NCBI GenBank assembly: GCA_038231455.1
Contig: JBBRLI010000004.1
Span: 1-64,000, forward strand
From: Vulcanimicrobiales bacterium
GTDB taxonomy: Bacteria > Vulcanimicrobiota > Vulcanimicrobiia > Vulcanimicrobiales > Vulcanimicrobiaceae
Length of the DNA stretch: 64,000 nucleotides
Direction: 5' to 3'
A program made the position numbers and the translations under genes. Below, piece by piece: positions 10,309 through 20,018 of the stretch (position 1 is the stretch's first letter; every line of letters starts with the position of its first letter). The notes beneath the pieces are model-generated. The model did not search any database, had not been told where the DNA came from, and was given only the letters and a program-made list of their open reading frames with translations.

Positions 10309-10478
10309 CTTGGGACCAAGCGCGCAGACGCCGGTAGGCCATCCGTCCGTTCTAGCTAACAAAGCGAAGGATTTCGCCGGAATGTGCCACTAAGGTACGC
10401 GAGTTTTGCCGCCCCCGGCGTCTATAGTAATGGTTGCCCGGCAACCGTCACTTTGCCGGCATCATTTGAGGAGTCTCA

Positions 10479-11108
10479 GTGGGTCACGCAGTTTCATACG
10501 AAGACGACGGTACGCCGCAAGAGCAGAGCCGCCGCAAGTTCATGGTCAATATGGTCGTGGGCCTCAGCGGAGTGATCGGGCTCGTGCTCGGTATCCCGCT
10601 CGTGAGCACCATGATCCCGGATTCGAGTTCCGGCGGCGCGGCCTGGTCGCCGCTCTCCGATGAAGAATTCAAGAAGCTCGAAGCCGCGACGGAAAAGCCG
10701 GTCAAAGTCACGTTCAACGTGCACACGGTCGACGGCTATCTGCCGCCCGCCGATGACGAGCAATTCGTTTGGGCGATCAAAACGTCGGAAGCGAAGATGC
10801 GCGCCTCGCGCCCGGAACTCTTCGATGGCAAAACCAAGCTACCGTATCCGGTCGTTAACATGGGCTTCGTTCTCTTCAGCCCGGTCTGCCCGCACCTCGG
10901 ATGCCGCTACGATTACAAACCGGACCTCGGCAAGTTTGCTTGCCCCTGCCACGGTTCGCAGTTCGATGACGTCGGCGTGCACGTTGCCGGCCCCGCGCAG
11001 CGCGGTCTCGATCCGCTTCCGCTTCGCGAACATAACGGTAAGGCCGAAGTGACCTGGATTCACTACAAGGGCAACGAGGCCGATCACGTCATTCTTTCCT
11101 ACACGTAA
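10479..11108 (+). CDS. qcrA: Rieske 2Fe-2S subunit, copy 2
   Basis: SRRKFM; CPHLGC and CPCHGSQF; GAGGAG RBS before GTG; directly upstream of cytochrome b. Confidence 0.94.
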   Translation: MGHAVSYEDDGTPQEQSRRKFMVNMVVGLSGVIGLVLGIPLVSTMIPDSSSGGAAWSPLSDEEFKKLEAATEKPVKVTFNVHTVDGYLPPADDEQFVWAIKTSEAKMRASRPELFDGKTKLPYPVVNMGFVLFSPVCPHLGCRYDYKPDLGKFACPCHGSQFDDVGVHVAGPAQRGLDPLPLREHNGKAEVTWIHYKGNEADHVILSYT

Positions 11109-11134
11109 TCATCAAGAATCGCAGGAGTTAATCG

Positions 11135-12649
11135 ATGCTGACCTGGCTTGACCAGCGCACCGGGATCGTGACCGCTACGAAGGACTTCCTCACAGAGGAC
11201 GTCCCCGGCGGCGCAAGTTATTGGTACGCATTCGGAAGCGCGACCGTGTTTGCCATGATCATCCAGATCGTGACCGGCATGTTCCTCACGCTGTATTACT
11301 CGCCGTCGGCGAGCACGGCGTGGGCGTCGACCTTGTATATCTATCAGAAGGTCCCGTTCGGATCGTTCATCATCAGCACCCACTACTGGGGCGCGTCGGC
11401 CATGATCGCATTCATGGCGATGCATCTCTTGCAAGTGCTGATCTGGGGCGCGTACAAAAAACCGCGCGAACTGCAGTGGATCGTCGGCGTCGTTCTTTTC
11501 TTGCTCACGATCGTGCTCGGCCTGACGGGCTACTTGCTCCCGTGGGATCAGAACGCGTTCCTCGCATCGCAGGTCGCGATTCAAATCGCCGGTTCGGTTC
11601 CGATCGTCGGCAATGCGACGGTGGCATTTCTTCAAGACGGCGCGACGCTCGGCACGCTCACGATCAACCGCTTCTTCGGCATCCACGTCTGGCTCGTGCC
11701 CGCCGTGCTCATCGGCCTTGTCGGCGCCCACCTTGCGATCTTCCGCTGGAACGGCGCTGCCGGACCGCCGCTCGACGAAGCACCGAAACTCAAAGCCGGC
11801 CGCTTCTGGCCCGACCAGATGTTCATGGACATCGTAGTCTCGTTTGCGATGTTCGCCGTCATCGTCGTGCTCGCGATCGTTGCACCGCCGGTGCTCGATG
11901 GACGAGCCGATCCGAACGACACGAATTTCATCGCCTACCCGGCGTGGTACTTTCTCGCGCTGTTCGACTTGCTCACGATCGTCGGCAAATTCCCCGATGC
12001 GATCGTGCCGACGCTCGATCTCGTCGCGACGGTCATCTTCCCGGGCCTGCTCGTCGGCGTTCTCGTTCTACTCCCGTTCCTCGACCGCAATCCCAGTCGC
12101 CGCATCTCGCGTCGCCCGTGGATCCTCGGCGTGACGGCGCTGACGATGGTCGGCGCGATCGGACTCTCGCTCCACGGTCAAATTGGCATCCAAGTCGCCC
12201 AGGCGGCTATTGGGTACAAGACCCCGGACATCAACTCGTACAAGCTTGCCGAAACAGCTCCGGCCGCCGGAACCGCCGTCGCATCGACGGGCGGCGCCGC
12301 AGGCGGCGCGGCAGCCGCACTCCCCGGCATGGCGCAAGGCGCGAAAATCTACACTGCCAACTGCTCGGGCTGCCATGCTGCGGCCGGCGCTGGACTTGCC
12401 GGTCAGTTCCCGCCGCTTGCCAAGAACCCGTATGTGACGGGCGATGTCAAAGCCGTGATTCACACCCTGAACTATGGCCTGCAAGGCGAAATCGTCGTCA
12501 ACGGAACCAAGTACAACCAGCAAATGCCGGCTTGGAAAGGTCAGCTCAAAGACGACGAGATCGCTGCCGTCATCACCTACATCCGCAACTCGTGGGGCAA
12601 TACGGGCTCCGCAGTTACGGCAAAAGACGTGGCGGCAGTCGCCAAGTAA
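11135..12649 (+). CDS. qcrB: Cytochrome b + subunit IV + monoheme cytochrome c fusion
   Basis: Heme His pairs HYWGAS..AMH and IHVW..AH; YKKPRELQW; GYLLPWDQ; FWPD; PAWY; C-terminal CSGCH with axial QMPAW. Confidence 0.93.
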   Translation: MLTWLDQRTGIVTATKDFLTEDVPGGASYWYAFGSATVFAMIIQIVTGMFLTLYYSPSASTAWASTLYIYQKVPFGSFIISTHYWGASAMIAFMAMHLLQVLIWGAYKKPRELQWIVGVVLFLLTIVLGLTGYLLPWDQNAFLASQVAIQIAGSVPIVGNATVAFLQDGATLGTLTINRFFGIHVWLVPAVLIGLVGAHLAIFRWNGAAGPPLDEAPKLKAGRFWPDQMFMDIVVSFAMFAVIVVLAIVAPPVLDGRADPNDTNFIAYPAWYFLALFDLLTIVGKFPDAIVPTLDLVATVIFPGLLVGVLVLLPFLDRNPSRRISRRPWILGVTALTMVGAIGLSLHGQIGIQVAQAAIGYKTPDINSYKLAETAPAAGTAVASTGGAAGGAAAALPGMAQGAKIYTANCSGCHAAAGAGLAGQFPPLAKNPYVTGDVKAVIHTLNYGLQGEIVVNGTKYNQQMPAWKGQLKDDEIAAVITYIRNSWGNTGSAVTAKDVAAVAK

Positions 12650-12666
12650 GCACCAACCCCGGATGC

Positions 12667-12698
12667 AAAAAGACCGTCGGCAACGACGGTCTTTTTTT
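12667..12698 (+). terminator. Intrinsic terminator, possibly bidirectional
   Basis: AAAA-AGACCGTCG-GCAA-CGACGGTCT-TTTTTT, a perfect 9-bp stem. Confidence 0.9.
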
Positions 12699-12747
12699 GT
12701 GGTTCTATCGAAACATTTGCGCGTTGTCATCGCGTACGTGGGTTACC

Positions 12748-13575
12748 ATGAAGCGACGACTTGAGACGATTGTTCTTACCTGCGCGCTCGGCCTTGCCGG
12801 AATGCCGACGCTCGCTGATGAGGCGCCGGCATCGCTCACCGGCGATCAGGTGTACTTGCGCGCGGTCCACGCGATGCACGATTTACCGCGCCCGAAGTTC
12901 GCGACGTATGTTTTGGATATCGATACGAAAAGCGTTCAGTCGACCTGCGATCCCGCGCGTGAGGATTCTTCGAACGACTTCGGATTCGACTTCAAGCTCG
13001 GCGCGCACCACGGTCACTACGGCATCAAACAGAATCTGGACCGCGAAATCTCGAGCGCTGAAGATCTCCAAACACACAAGATTTGCACCAACGCGACCTT
13101 CGTGCCGATCATGTCCTACGAAGACGACAAGAATAAAAAGAAACCATCATCCGGCAATGCATCGAACATCAGCAAAGACGGGACGAAGATCATCGGCCGC
13201 GTGACCGCCGAGAGCGTCCGCGACTACATCGTCACGATTCGCGGACATGCGACGATCGACGGGCACGACACCTACGTGCTCAAACTCGAACCGCGCCACA
13301 GCAGCGACGATGCGATTTTTCGCGAAATGCACGTCGATTCGCAGACCTTCCGTATTCGCGATCTCCGCGGCAACATTACCGAAACCGACAGCGGCGTCAA
13401 TGTCAAAGTCGACGTGGGCATTCACTGCATCGATGCCGGTGCGTATTTTGTGATCAACGAGGTCAGCGCGAACACTGTCGTGCGCTGGACGATCTTCCCA
13501 ATGCACGTCGACGTTGATTTCCGTGCCCACGATTTTGCGTTCCCGAGCACGCTCGAGATCGCGACGACGAAATAA
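12748..13575 (+). CDS. Secreted protein with possible LolA/MucB-like fold
   Basis: Signal peptide from ATG 12748. DYIVTIRGHATIDGHDTYVLKLEP and MHVDSQTF resemble LolA-like proteins. Confidence 0.6.
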   Translation: MKRRLETIVLTCALGLAGMPTLADEAPASLTGDQVYLRAVHAMHDLPRPKFATYVLDIDTKSVQSTCDPAREDSSNDFGFDFKLGAHHGHYGIKQNLDREISSAEDLQTHKICTNATFVPIMSYEDDKNKKKPSSGNASNISKDGTKIIGRVTAESVRDYIVTIRGHATIDGHDTYVLKLEPRHSSDDAIFREMHVDSQTFRIRDLRGNITETDSGVNVKVDVGIHCIDAGAYFVINEVSANTVVRWTIFPMHVDVDFRAHDFAFPSTLEIATTK

Positions 13576-13714
13576 CGACGGTCGGAGTGACGGCGCGCAC
13601 ACCTGACGCGCGCCAGCTTACCGCTGCCTTGGGGACGCTTGGCTGCTAAAGGCTCAAGTTACGGCCAATCCGAACCTGACCCGAGCACTAAAGGCTTCCG
13701 CCGGAGAAATCGTC

Positions 13715-15991
13715 ATGCGCCGCAGTATTGTAGGTTTTGTTCTTTCCTTGTGCCTCGGCGGGTGCAGCGGGGGCGGCAGTTCGGCGGTCCATCCCCCAAT
13801 TGCAACAGAGCCGGGCGTGGGACAACTCGTTCCGGTCACGTTCTCGTTTCAAATCGGGAAAGCAAGCGCCACATCGCGCAGCACCTCATCGATCGACCCT
13901 GCGACGTTGTCGGTCTCGGTCGTCGTCAACGGAACTCCGCAGTATGTTAACGTCACGCCGCCGTGCGCCCCCTGTACGGCGACGGTGAACGCACCGACCG
14001 GTGCCGACACGTTTACCGCCATGGCGTTCAGCGGCACGGGCGGCACGGGAGTCGCGCTCGATGCAACAACCGCGACCGTCAATCAAACCGTCGTTACCAA
14101 TACGACCAACCACGTCACATTAACGCTCGCGCCAGTTGTCAGCATCAAAGCAGATTCCGGTCCGGGATCGCTACGCAACGCGGTCGCCAATGCTGCGCCG
14201 GGCGATACGATCACGTTTTTGCCGGCGGCGACTCCGACGATTACCCTCGCCTCGCCGATCGCGCTCACGAAAAACGTCACGATTAACGGTCCCGGCGTTG
14301 CGAGCCAAAAGATCAGCGGCGCCTTTGTCACGGGAATTTTCACGGTCTCGAGCGCCGTCAATGCGACGATTAAAAATCTAACGCTGGCGAACGGATATGC
14401 GCCAAACGGCGGGGTGATTTCCAACGCCGGCTCCCTCACGCTCGATACGGATACTTTGACGTTGAGTAACGCGACGTCTCTAGGCGGCGGCGTGTATTCC
14501 GTCGGGACCGCACTGACGATCACCAACTCGACCTTCTCTTCCAACGGCGCCGCAAATGGCGGCGCCTTGTATATAAGCGGTGGAACGATCAGTGTGACCG
14601 CGACGACGTTTCAGAACAATTCCGCGACCAACAACGGCGGCGCCATCAGCGACGTAAACACGAGTGACACGTTCGACAACGATACGTTCCTCTCGAATAA
14701 TGTCGGATCGTTTACCCAGATCGGCAAGGGTGGTGCCGTGTACATTGCCGGTGGCACGATTAGTAACTCGACGTTTAACAATAATGCCGCGGTCTCTTCG
14801 CCGGGAAACACGACGTCCGGCGGGGCGGTCGCTGCTTCGGGTGCGTTGACGCTGACAAACGACAACATGTCAAACAATACTGCGTCGAGTAGTTCGAGTA
14901 GCGGGCTCGGCGGCGCGGTTTATTCCACCGCCCCACTCACGGTGACTGGTGGCACGTACCTCTCGAACCAGGCACTCGCCGGAGGTTCAACTGCATCTGC
15001 GAGAGGCGGCGCGATTCATGCGACCGGCGTACTGACGGTTACGGGCGCGACATTTACCTCGAATTCGACGAACGCTTCTGGAATAGCAAACACCACCGGC
15101 GGCGCAATCTATTCGACTTTTGGCGGTTCTATTTCCGGCTCGATCTTCACTGGGAACTCCGCAATCGCGCAAGCCGGAGTAAATGCGCAAGGCGGCGCAC
15201 TCTTCAGCCTCAGCGCATTTACCATCACGGGATGCACGTTCAGCGGCGATTCAGCCTTGACGGCAGGCGGGGGCATGTACCTCTCGGGCGGCACGACCGA
15301 TACGGTTTTGCAGTCGTCATTTACGAACGAGAGCATCACGGGGACCGGCTCGAACTTGATTCAGGGCGGCGCTATTTATAATGACTCCGGTAACACGATT
15401 GTCATCAAGCAAGTCACATTTTCGGGGAACAAACTTTTGGGGTCGACGTTGGCCGATGGCGCCGGGGTGTTCAATGGCGGCACGGCAACGATTACGAATT
15501 CGACGTTCTTCAACAATCAATCGAGTTATAACGCCGGCGGCCTCTCGAGCGGCTTCGGCGGCGCAACGGTCAACTTATCGACATTTTACGGCAACTCGGC
15601 TACGTTTCTTGGCGGCAACATGCTGGTCCAAGGGTCCGCCAACATCACCACGTTCGGAAGCGTGTATGTCAACGCGGGGGGACCAAATAATATCGGTCAC
15701 AACGGCACGATTACATCGAACGGCTATAATTGGGCAGACACCCTGGAAACCGGATTTACTGGACTCGACCACAACTTGGCCCCTCCCCCGGGTCTCTCGA
15801 GTACGCTTGCCACGAACGGAAGTCTGCTGACGCCGGCCATTCAAACGCTTGCGCCAAATGTTGCAAGCGGGCTAATCGGAACGATCCCGCTTGGAGCTTG
15901 CACGGCAATCTCGACGGTGGACGAACGCGGCCTCGCCCGCGGTCATGGGAATCCGACCTATTGCACGATTGGTGCCGTCGAGTATCCGTAG
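13715..15991 (+). CDS. Surface lipoprotein with Pmp-like beta-helix repeats
   Basis: Lipobox LGGC; GPGSLRNAV; about 15 GGA(I/V/L)-type repeats alternating with FxxN; C-terminal DERG..CTIGAVE. Confidence 0.8.
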   Translation: MRRSIVGFVLSLCLGGCSGGGSSAVHPPIATEPGVGQLVPVTFSFQIGKASATSRSTSSIDPATLSVSVVVNGTPQYVNVTPPCAPCTATVNAPTGADTFTAMAFSGTGGTGVALDATTATVNQTVVTNTTNHVTLTLAPVVSIKADSGPGSLRNAVANAAPGDTITFLPAATPTITLASPIALTKNVTINGPGVASQKISGAFVTGIFTVSSAVNATIKNLTLANGYAPNGGVISNAGSLTLDTDTLTLSNATSLGGGVYSVGTALTITNSTFSSNGAANGGALYISGGTISVTATTFQNNSATNNGGAISDVNTSDTFDNDTFLSNNVGSFTQIGKGGAVYIAGGTISNSTFNNNAAVSSPGNTTSGGAVAASGALTLTNDNMSNNTASSSSSSGLGGAVYSTAPLTVTGGTYLSNQALAGGSTASARGGAIHATGVLTVTGATFTSNSTNASGIANTTGGAIYSTFGGSISGSIFTGNSAIAQAGVNAQGGALFSLSAFTITGCTFSGDSALTAGGGMYLSGGTTDTVLQSSFTNESITGTGSNLIQGGAIYNDSGNTIVIKQVTFSGNKLLGSTLADGAGVFNGGTATITNSTFFNNQSSYNAGGLSSGFGGATVNLSTFYGNSATFLGGNMLVQGSANITTFGSVYVNAGGPNNIGHNGTITSNGYNWADTLETGFTGLDHNLAPPPGLSSTLATNGSLLTPAIQTLAPNVASGLIGTIPLGACTAISTVDERGLARGHGNPTYCTIGAVEYP

Positions 15992-16000
15992 GGCATTTAT

Positions 16001-16582
16001 TTAAGCTTTGAGCGCGCGCTCCAGAAGCGACCAAACGGCTTCGAATGCGGCATCGTTATCGGGCGTGCCCCATTCGCTTGCGTGCACTGGTTGGTGGAAG
16101 CGAAGTGTCGCGCTAAAGAGTGCACTTGCGGTTGCGGCCGCGTCGCCTTGCACGAAATCGCCGCCGTTCATACCGTCGCGAACGATGTGCGCGATTTGTC
16201 CGGTAAGATCGGCGACGTGTTGGGTGACGACATCGCGCGATTCAATTGCGATCGCGTGATACGTTGCGAAGAGTTCCGGATCGTCCAAGGCCTTGCTGCG
16301 TTTGAGTTCGCGCAGTTTGTCGAACCACTCTCGCAGACGCTTCGGCGGTGGTGAGGCGTCGTCGGCAATTTGCCGAAGCGGCTGCGAGATGCGATGCAGC
16401 CAGCGAAGTGCTACGGCATCGCGCAAAGCCGCTTTGCTTGCGAAGTGGCGATACACGCTGCCGTGGCTAACGCCAAGCGCCCGCGCGACATCAACGACGG
16501 TCGCCTTGTCAGGGCCGAAGCGGCGGAGTGCGTCTTCGGCTGCGACCAGGATGTCTTCTGCGGTGAGGGCGGCGTCGGTCAC
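16001..16582 (-). CDS. TetR family transcriptional regulator
   Basis: [26 protein letters not shown]; 4-bp overlap with the AKR stop. Confidence 0.93.
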   Translation of the reverse strand: MTDAALTAEDILVAAEDALRRFGPDKATVVDVARALGVSHGSVYRHFASKAALRDAVALRWLHRISQPLRQIADDASPPPKRLREWFDKLRELKRSKALDDPELFATYHAIAIESRDVVTQHVADLTGQIAHIVRDGMNGGDFVQGDAAATASALFSATLRFHQPVHASEWGTPDNDAAFEAVWSLLERALKA

Positions 16583-17586
16583 GCGTGTACGGCGCGTTCG
16601 CTATCGAGATGGTGCATCTGCGCTTCCGCATACCGTGTACCGGCGGCGGCGTCCTTTGGAATTGCTTCCTCAACGCGACGCATGTCCTCGGGCGTCATCG
16701 TGACGTCGAGCGCAGCGATCGCTTCGGTCAAACGTTCGCGTTTGCGCGCACCGATGACCGGCACGATATCTTCGCCGCGTGCCAGGACCCAGGCGATCGC
16801 AAGCTGTGCAACGCTGATGCCTTTTTCATCCGCGATCGCGCGGAGTTTGTCGACGAGTGCGAGATTGCGATCGAGATTTTCGCCTTGAAAGCGCGGCGAG
16901 GCGTTGCGGAAATCGTTGCCCGTCTGCGAACGCTCTTTGCTCCAGTGCCCGCTGATAAGTCCGCGCGAAAGGACGCCGTAGGCCGTAATATCGATGCCGA
17001 GTTCGCGGCATGTCGGGAGAATGTCGGCTTCGATTCCGCGCGTGATGATTGCGTATTCGATCTGGAGATCGACGATCGGATGGACGCTTGCCGCGCGGCG
17101 GATCGTCGCCGACCCCATTTCACTGAGGCCGATATGGCGCACGTAGCCGGCTTGGATCATCTCGGCGATCGCGCCGACGGTTTCTTCGATCGGCACCGCG
17201 CTATCGAGCCGCGCGGGCCGGTAGATGTCGATATAGTCGACACCAAGTCGCTTGAGCGTGTACGCGAGAGCTGTCTTGACGACGACCGGGCGCGCATCGA
17301 AGCCGAGCCAGCCGATGCCGGGGTCGCGCAAGGCGCCGAACTTGACGCTGAGCTGCACGTCCTCACGTTTGCGGCCGCGGAGTGCCTCACCAATGAGCAT
17401 CTCGTTGTGGCCCATGCCGTAGAAGTCGCCGGTGTCGATCAGGTTGATCCCGGCATCGAGCGCGGCGTGGATCGTTGCGATACTTTCCGAACGGTCGGAC
17501 GGCCCGTAAATTTCCGACATACCCATCGCGCCGAGACCAATTGCGGAGACGGTCGGACCGGTTGAGCCAAGTTGACGTGTCTTCAT
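16579..17586 (-). CDS. Aldo/keto reductase
   Basis: [43 protein letters not shown]. Start placed at ATG 17586. Confidence 0.95.
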   Translation of the reverse strand: MKTRQLGSTGPTVSAIGLGAMGMSEIYGPSDRSESIATIHAALDAGINLIDTGDFYGMGHNEMLIGEALRGRKREDVQLSVKFGALRDPGIGWLGFDARPVVVKTALAYTLKRLGVDYIDIYRPARLDSAVPIEETVGAIAEMIQAGYVRHIGLSEMGSATIRRAASVHPIVDLQIEYAIITRGIEADILPTCRELGIDITAYGVLSRGLISGHWSKERSQTGNDFRNASPRFQGENLDRNLALVDKLRAIADEKGISVAQLAIAWVLARGEDIVPVIGARKRERLTEAIAALDVTMTPEDMRRVEEAIPKDAAAGTRYAEAQMHHLDSERAVHA

Positions 17587-17630
17587 ACCAGCATTATGCC
17601 CAACTGGATAACAAATGTCAATATCTGTCA
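17587..17630 (-). promoter_or_regulatory. Sigma70 promoter (leaderless) with overlapping palindromic operator
   Basis: TTGACA-17nt-CATAAT-6nt-ATG. The imperfect palindrome TAACAAAT-N6-ATCTGTCA (17609-17630) covers the -35 element. Confidence 0.75.
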
Positions 17631-17743
17631 TTCACTTTTCGATTCGTCCAAGAAACCGTGCGCTCGGACAACTTCTTGTTAAATCGGGGAGGCTCGCTGG
17701 GTCTCGGGTACATGAATAGCCGAACGTCTGTAGTGAGGAAATT

Positions 17744-18271
17744 ATGTCGACTTCAGCATCGGTCTCGCCCACGTCGCTCACGAGCTCCGCATCGATCGGA
17801 CGCCCGGGCCTTCCCAATTTGACCGCGATCATCGAGTCGAAAACGACATCGGCACGCGAGCTTCAAGTGGCCACCGGCCAGCGCATCGCACGCGAGTTCA
17901 AAGCCTACGGGTATCTCTCGGCGCAAGCCAATGTGAGCGGCGACCCGCGTGCATATTTGAAGGCGTACCTCACGTATTACGATTCGCTCTCGACGGACGA
18001 GCAGCACTCGTCGCGCTACAAAGGCACGCGCGAAGGCGCGCTCAAAGGCCTTGCCGATAGCGCGTCGCTCGGCAACACGCAGCCGACCGCGCAAGTCCCC
18101 GAGCTTCCGATCATCGCCGCGCCGCAACAGCAGCAGCAGCAGGCGTGGAGTCCCTTCCCGAGCGCCGACTTACTCGGTAGTTTGAAATCGCTGCTCGGCG
18201 TCATCGAGAAGACGCGGCACCCCGATCCGGTCGTTCGCAAACCGATTTCGAACTTCGATTTTAAAGTCTAG
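17744..18271 (+). CDS. Hypothetical protein with short poly-Gln tract
   Basis: GAGG RBS, host-like codons, fills the gap; no recognised motif. Confidence 0.65.
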   Translation: MSTSASVSPTSLTSSASIGRPGLPNLTAIIESKTTSARELQVATGQRIAREFKAYGYLSAQANVSGDPRAYLKAYLTYYDSLSTDEQHSSRYKGTREGALKGLADSASLGNTQPTAQVPELPIIAAPQQQQQQAWSPFPSADLLGSLKSLLGVIEKTRHPDPVVRKPISNFDFKV

Positions 18272-18275
18272 TTCG

Positions 18276-19976
18276 CTATCGCGGCGCGCGTTTCGCGCAC
18301 GCCGAACCGTCGATGTGCACGAGCGCATCTTGTAAGGCGACTCCCACGAGCCGAACATCGCGCCCGGATTCACGCGCGATGTCGGTGAGATGCGGGATGT
18401 CGCCTTTTTTTGTCACCATGAACGACGGCCCGGTGCCGCACAGAAACGCGGTAAATGTGGCATCGTTCTCACGGACTTCGCTGACGCTCTCAATCGTACG
18501 CACGCCCGGCAGCGTGTAGAACACGAGGGCGTTTCCGCCGCTGACGCCGCGGATCGCAACCGTATCGGCGGCAGTCCGCTGCGACTCGATCAATGCCGCG
18601 AGCGGCGGAATCGGTTTGAGCGGTTCTGCTGCGGGCTCCGCGATGAAGGCGATGAAGAGCACGAGCGCCGCCGACGAGCACGCAAGAACGAACGGCGCGG
18701 CAATCGCCGTGCGCTTGCGAGCGATCACGACGACGGTCGCAAGCGAACCGATGAAGATCCCAATCCCAAGGATCACTAGCTGCTTGAGCACGACGATGAT
18801 GTCACCATCGAGCCGGTTGATATGACCGAAAAAGTAGATGGCAACGGCGATACAACCGATGGTCAACGGCACCGCAAACGACCACGCAATAGCGGCGCGA
18901 CGCTCGGCGCCGCGGCTCACGCGCGTAAACCAGAGCGCAACGAGGATCGCCAGCGCCGGCCATTCGAGAGCAATGTAATTCGGCAACTTGGTCTGCGCGA
19001 TGCTGAAGAACACGAAGGGGAAAAGCGTCCACACAAACGCCAGACGCGCGAGCGATCCCTCAGGCCGCTGCGCGCTCTTCCACTCGATTTGAAACGCGCG
19101 CGGGAGAAACGCAACCCACGGGAAGAAGCCAAGAATGAGCACGGGCAAATAATAGTAGAATGGGCCACGCTGGTTTTCAATGACGCCGGTGTAGCGGCCA
19201 AACGTGTAATGCCCGATCATGTCGACGAGCGCCGGCATTCCGGCGCTTGCGCCGAGCATGACAAACCACGGCAGCGCGATACCGAGAAATGCGATGCTCG
19301 CGATGACGAGCGTCGCGGGTCGCGGCACGATGACGCCTTCGCCGCGACGCCACTGCCACGCGATCCAGAGCGCGACGACGGCAACCGGAATGACCAGCGC
19401 GACGGGACCCTTCGCTAAAATACCAAACGCCGCCGCAATCGCGCCGAAGATAAACGCAAGTGCGCGTTTGCGTTCGTCGATCGGCGCTTCGGGTGCGCCG
19501 TCGCTTGGCGGATCGAGTGCGCGAAACCACCACAGCACGCTCGCCGCGACCGCAAGATCGAGCAGCGCATCCATGATCGCAAGTCGACCCACGATCGCCT
19601 GCATCAAACTCGAACTCAAAATAATCGCCGCATACAAGCCCGCTCGCGTCCCGGCGATTCGCGCGGTCGCGTAACCGACTGCAGCCGCCATCGCAATCGT
19701 CGCAAGCGCCGATGGCAGGCGCAGTGCAAAAGACGTTACACCGAAGATCTTTGCGAAGAGCGCGGCGAGCCAAAAATACAGCGGTGGTTGAATGTACCAC
19801 GGTGCGCCATTGAGATGCATCACGATCGCATCGTGCGTGAGCAAGATTTCGCGCGCGACTTCGCCGTACGCCGTCTCGCTATTATCCCACAGCGTTCCAG
19901 CGCCCAGACCCGGCAAGGTGACTAACGAGGCGAACGCCGCGCCGATAAGCGCGGCGCGGGCGGGGGCAAGGCGCAT
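18276..19976 (-). CDS. ArnT/GT39-family membrane glycosyltransferase
   Basis: LWDNSETAYGEVARE, QPPLYFW, ALRLPSA, AKGPV, FFPW, TKLPNYI. Confidence 0.9.
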   Translation of the reverse strand: MRLAPARAALIGAAFASLVTLPGLGAGTLWDNSETAYGEVAREILLTHDAIVMHLNGAPWYIQPPLYFWLAALFAKIFGVTSFALRLPSALATIAMAAAVGYATARIAGTRAGLYAAIILSSSLMQAIVGRLAIMDALLDLAVAASVLWWFRALDPPSDGAPEAPIDERKRALAFIFGAIAAAFGILAKGPVALVIPVAVVALWIAWQWRRGEGVIVPRPATLVIASIAFLGIALPWFVMLGASAGMPALVDMIGHYTFGRYTGVIENQRGPFYYYLPVLILGFFPWVAFLPRAFQIEWKSAQRPEGSLARLAFVWTLFPFVFFSIAQTKLPNYIALEWPALAILVALWFTRVSRGAERRAAIAWSFAVPLTIGCIAVAIYFFGHINRLDGDIIVVLKQLVILGIGIFIGSLATVVVIARKRTAIAAPFVLACSSAALVLFIAFIAEPAAEPLKPIPPLAALIESQRTAADTVAIRGVSGGNALVFYTLPGVRTIESVSEVRENDATFTAFLCGTGPSFMVTKKGDIPHLTDIARESGRDVRLVGVALQDALVHIDGSACAKRAPR

Positions 19977-20018
19977 CGGTTCACGGAGTTTGGTTGCCGT
20001 CTCCGAAAACCCTCAACC

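Larger units (their letters stand above)
9521..11108 (+). repeat. Diverged tandem duplication (about 800 bp unit) of upstream region plus Rieske gene
   Basis: Blocks GTAGGCCATCCG, TTCTAGC, GGATTTC and GTGCCACTAA recur at about 9533-9592 and 10334-10393. The two CDSs align end to end. Confidence 0.85.

Noticed and set aside
11221-12747. 784-aa ORF overlapping cytochrome b
   Set aside because: An off-frame shadow that crosses a terminator. Only the part from ATG 12748 looks like a real protein.
16585-17565. Long antisense and alternative-frame ORFs, here and throughout the window
   Set aside because: Typical high-GC shadow ORFs opposite or within well-supported genes, with no motifs.
18125-18142. 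CAA(CAG)5 trinucleotide run
   Set aside because: A short in-frame poly-Gln; length changes would not shift the frame.
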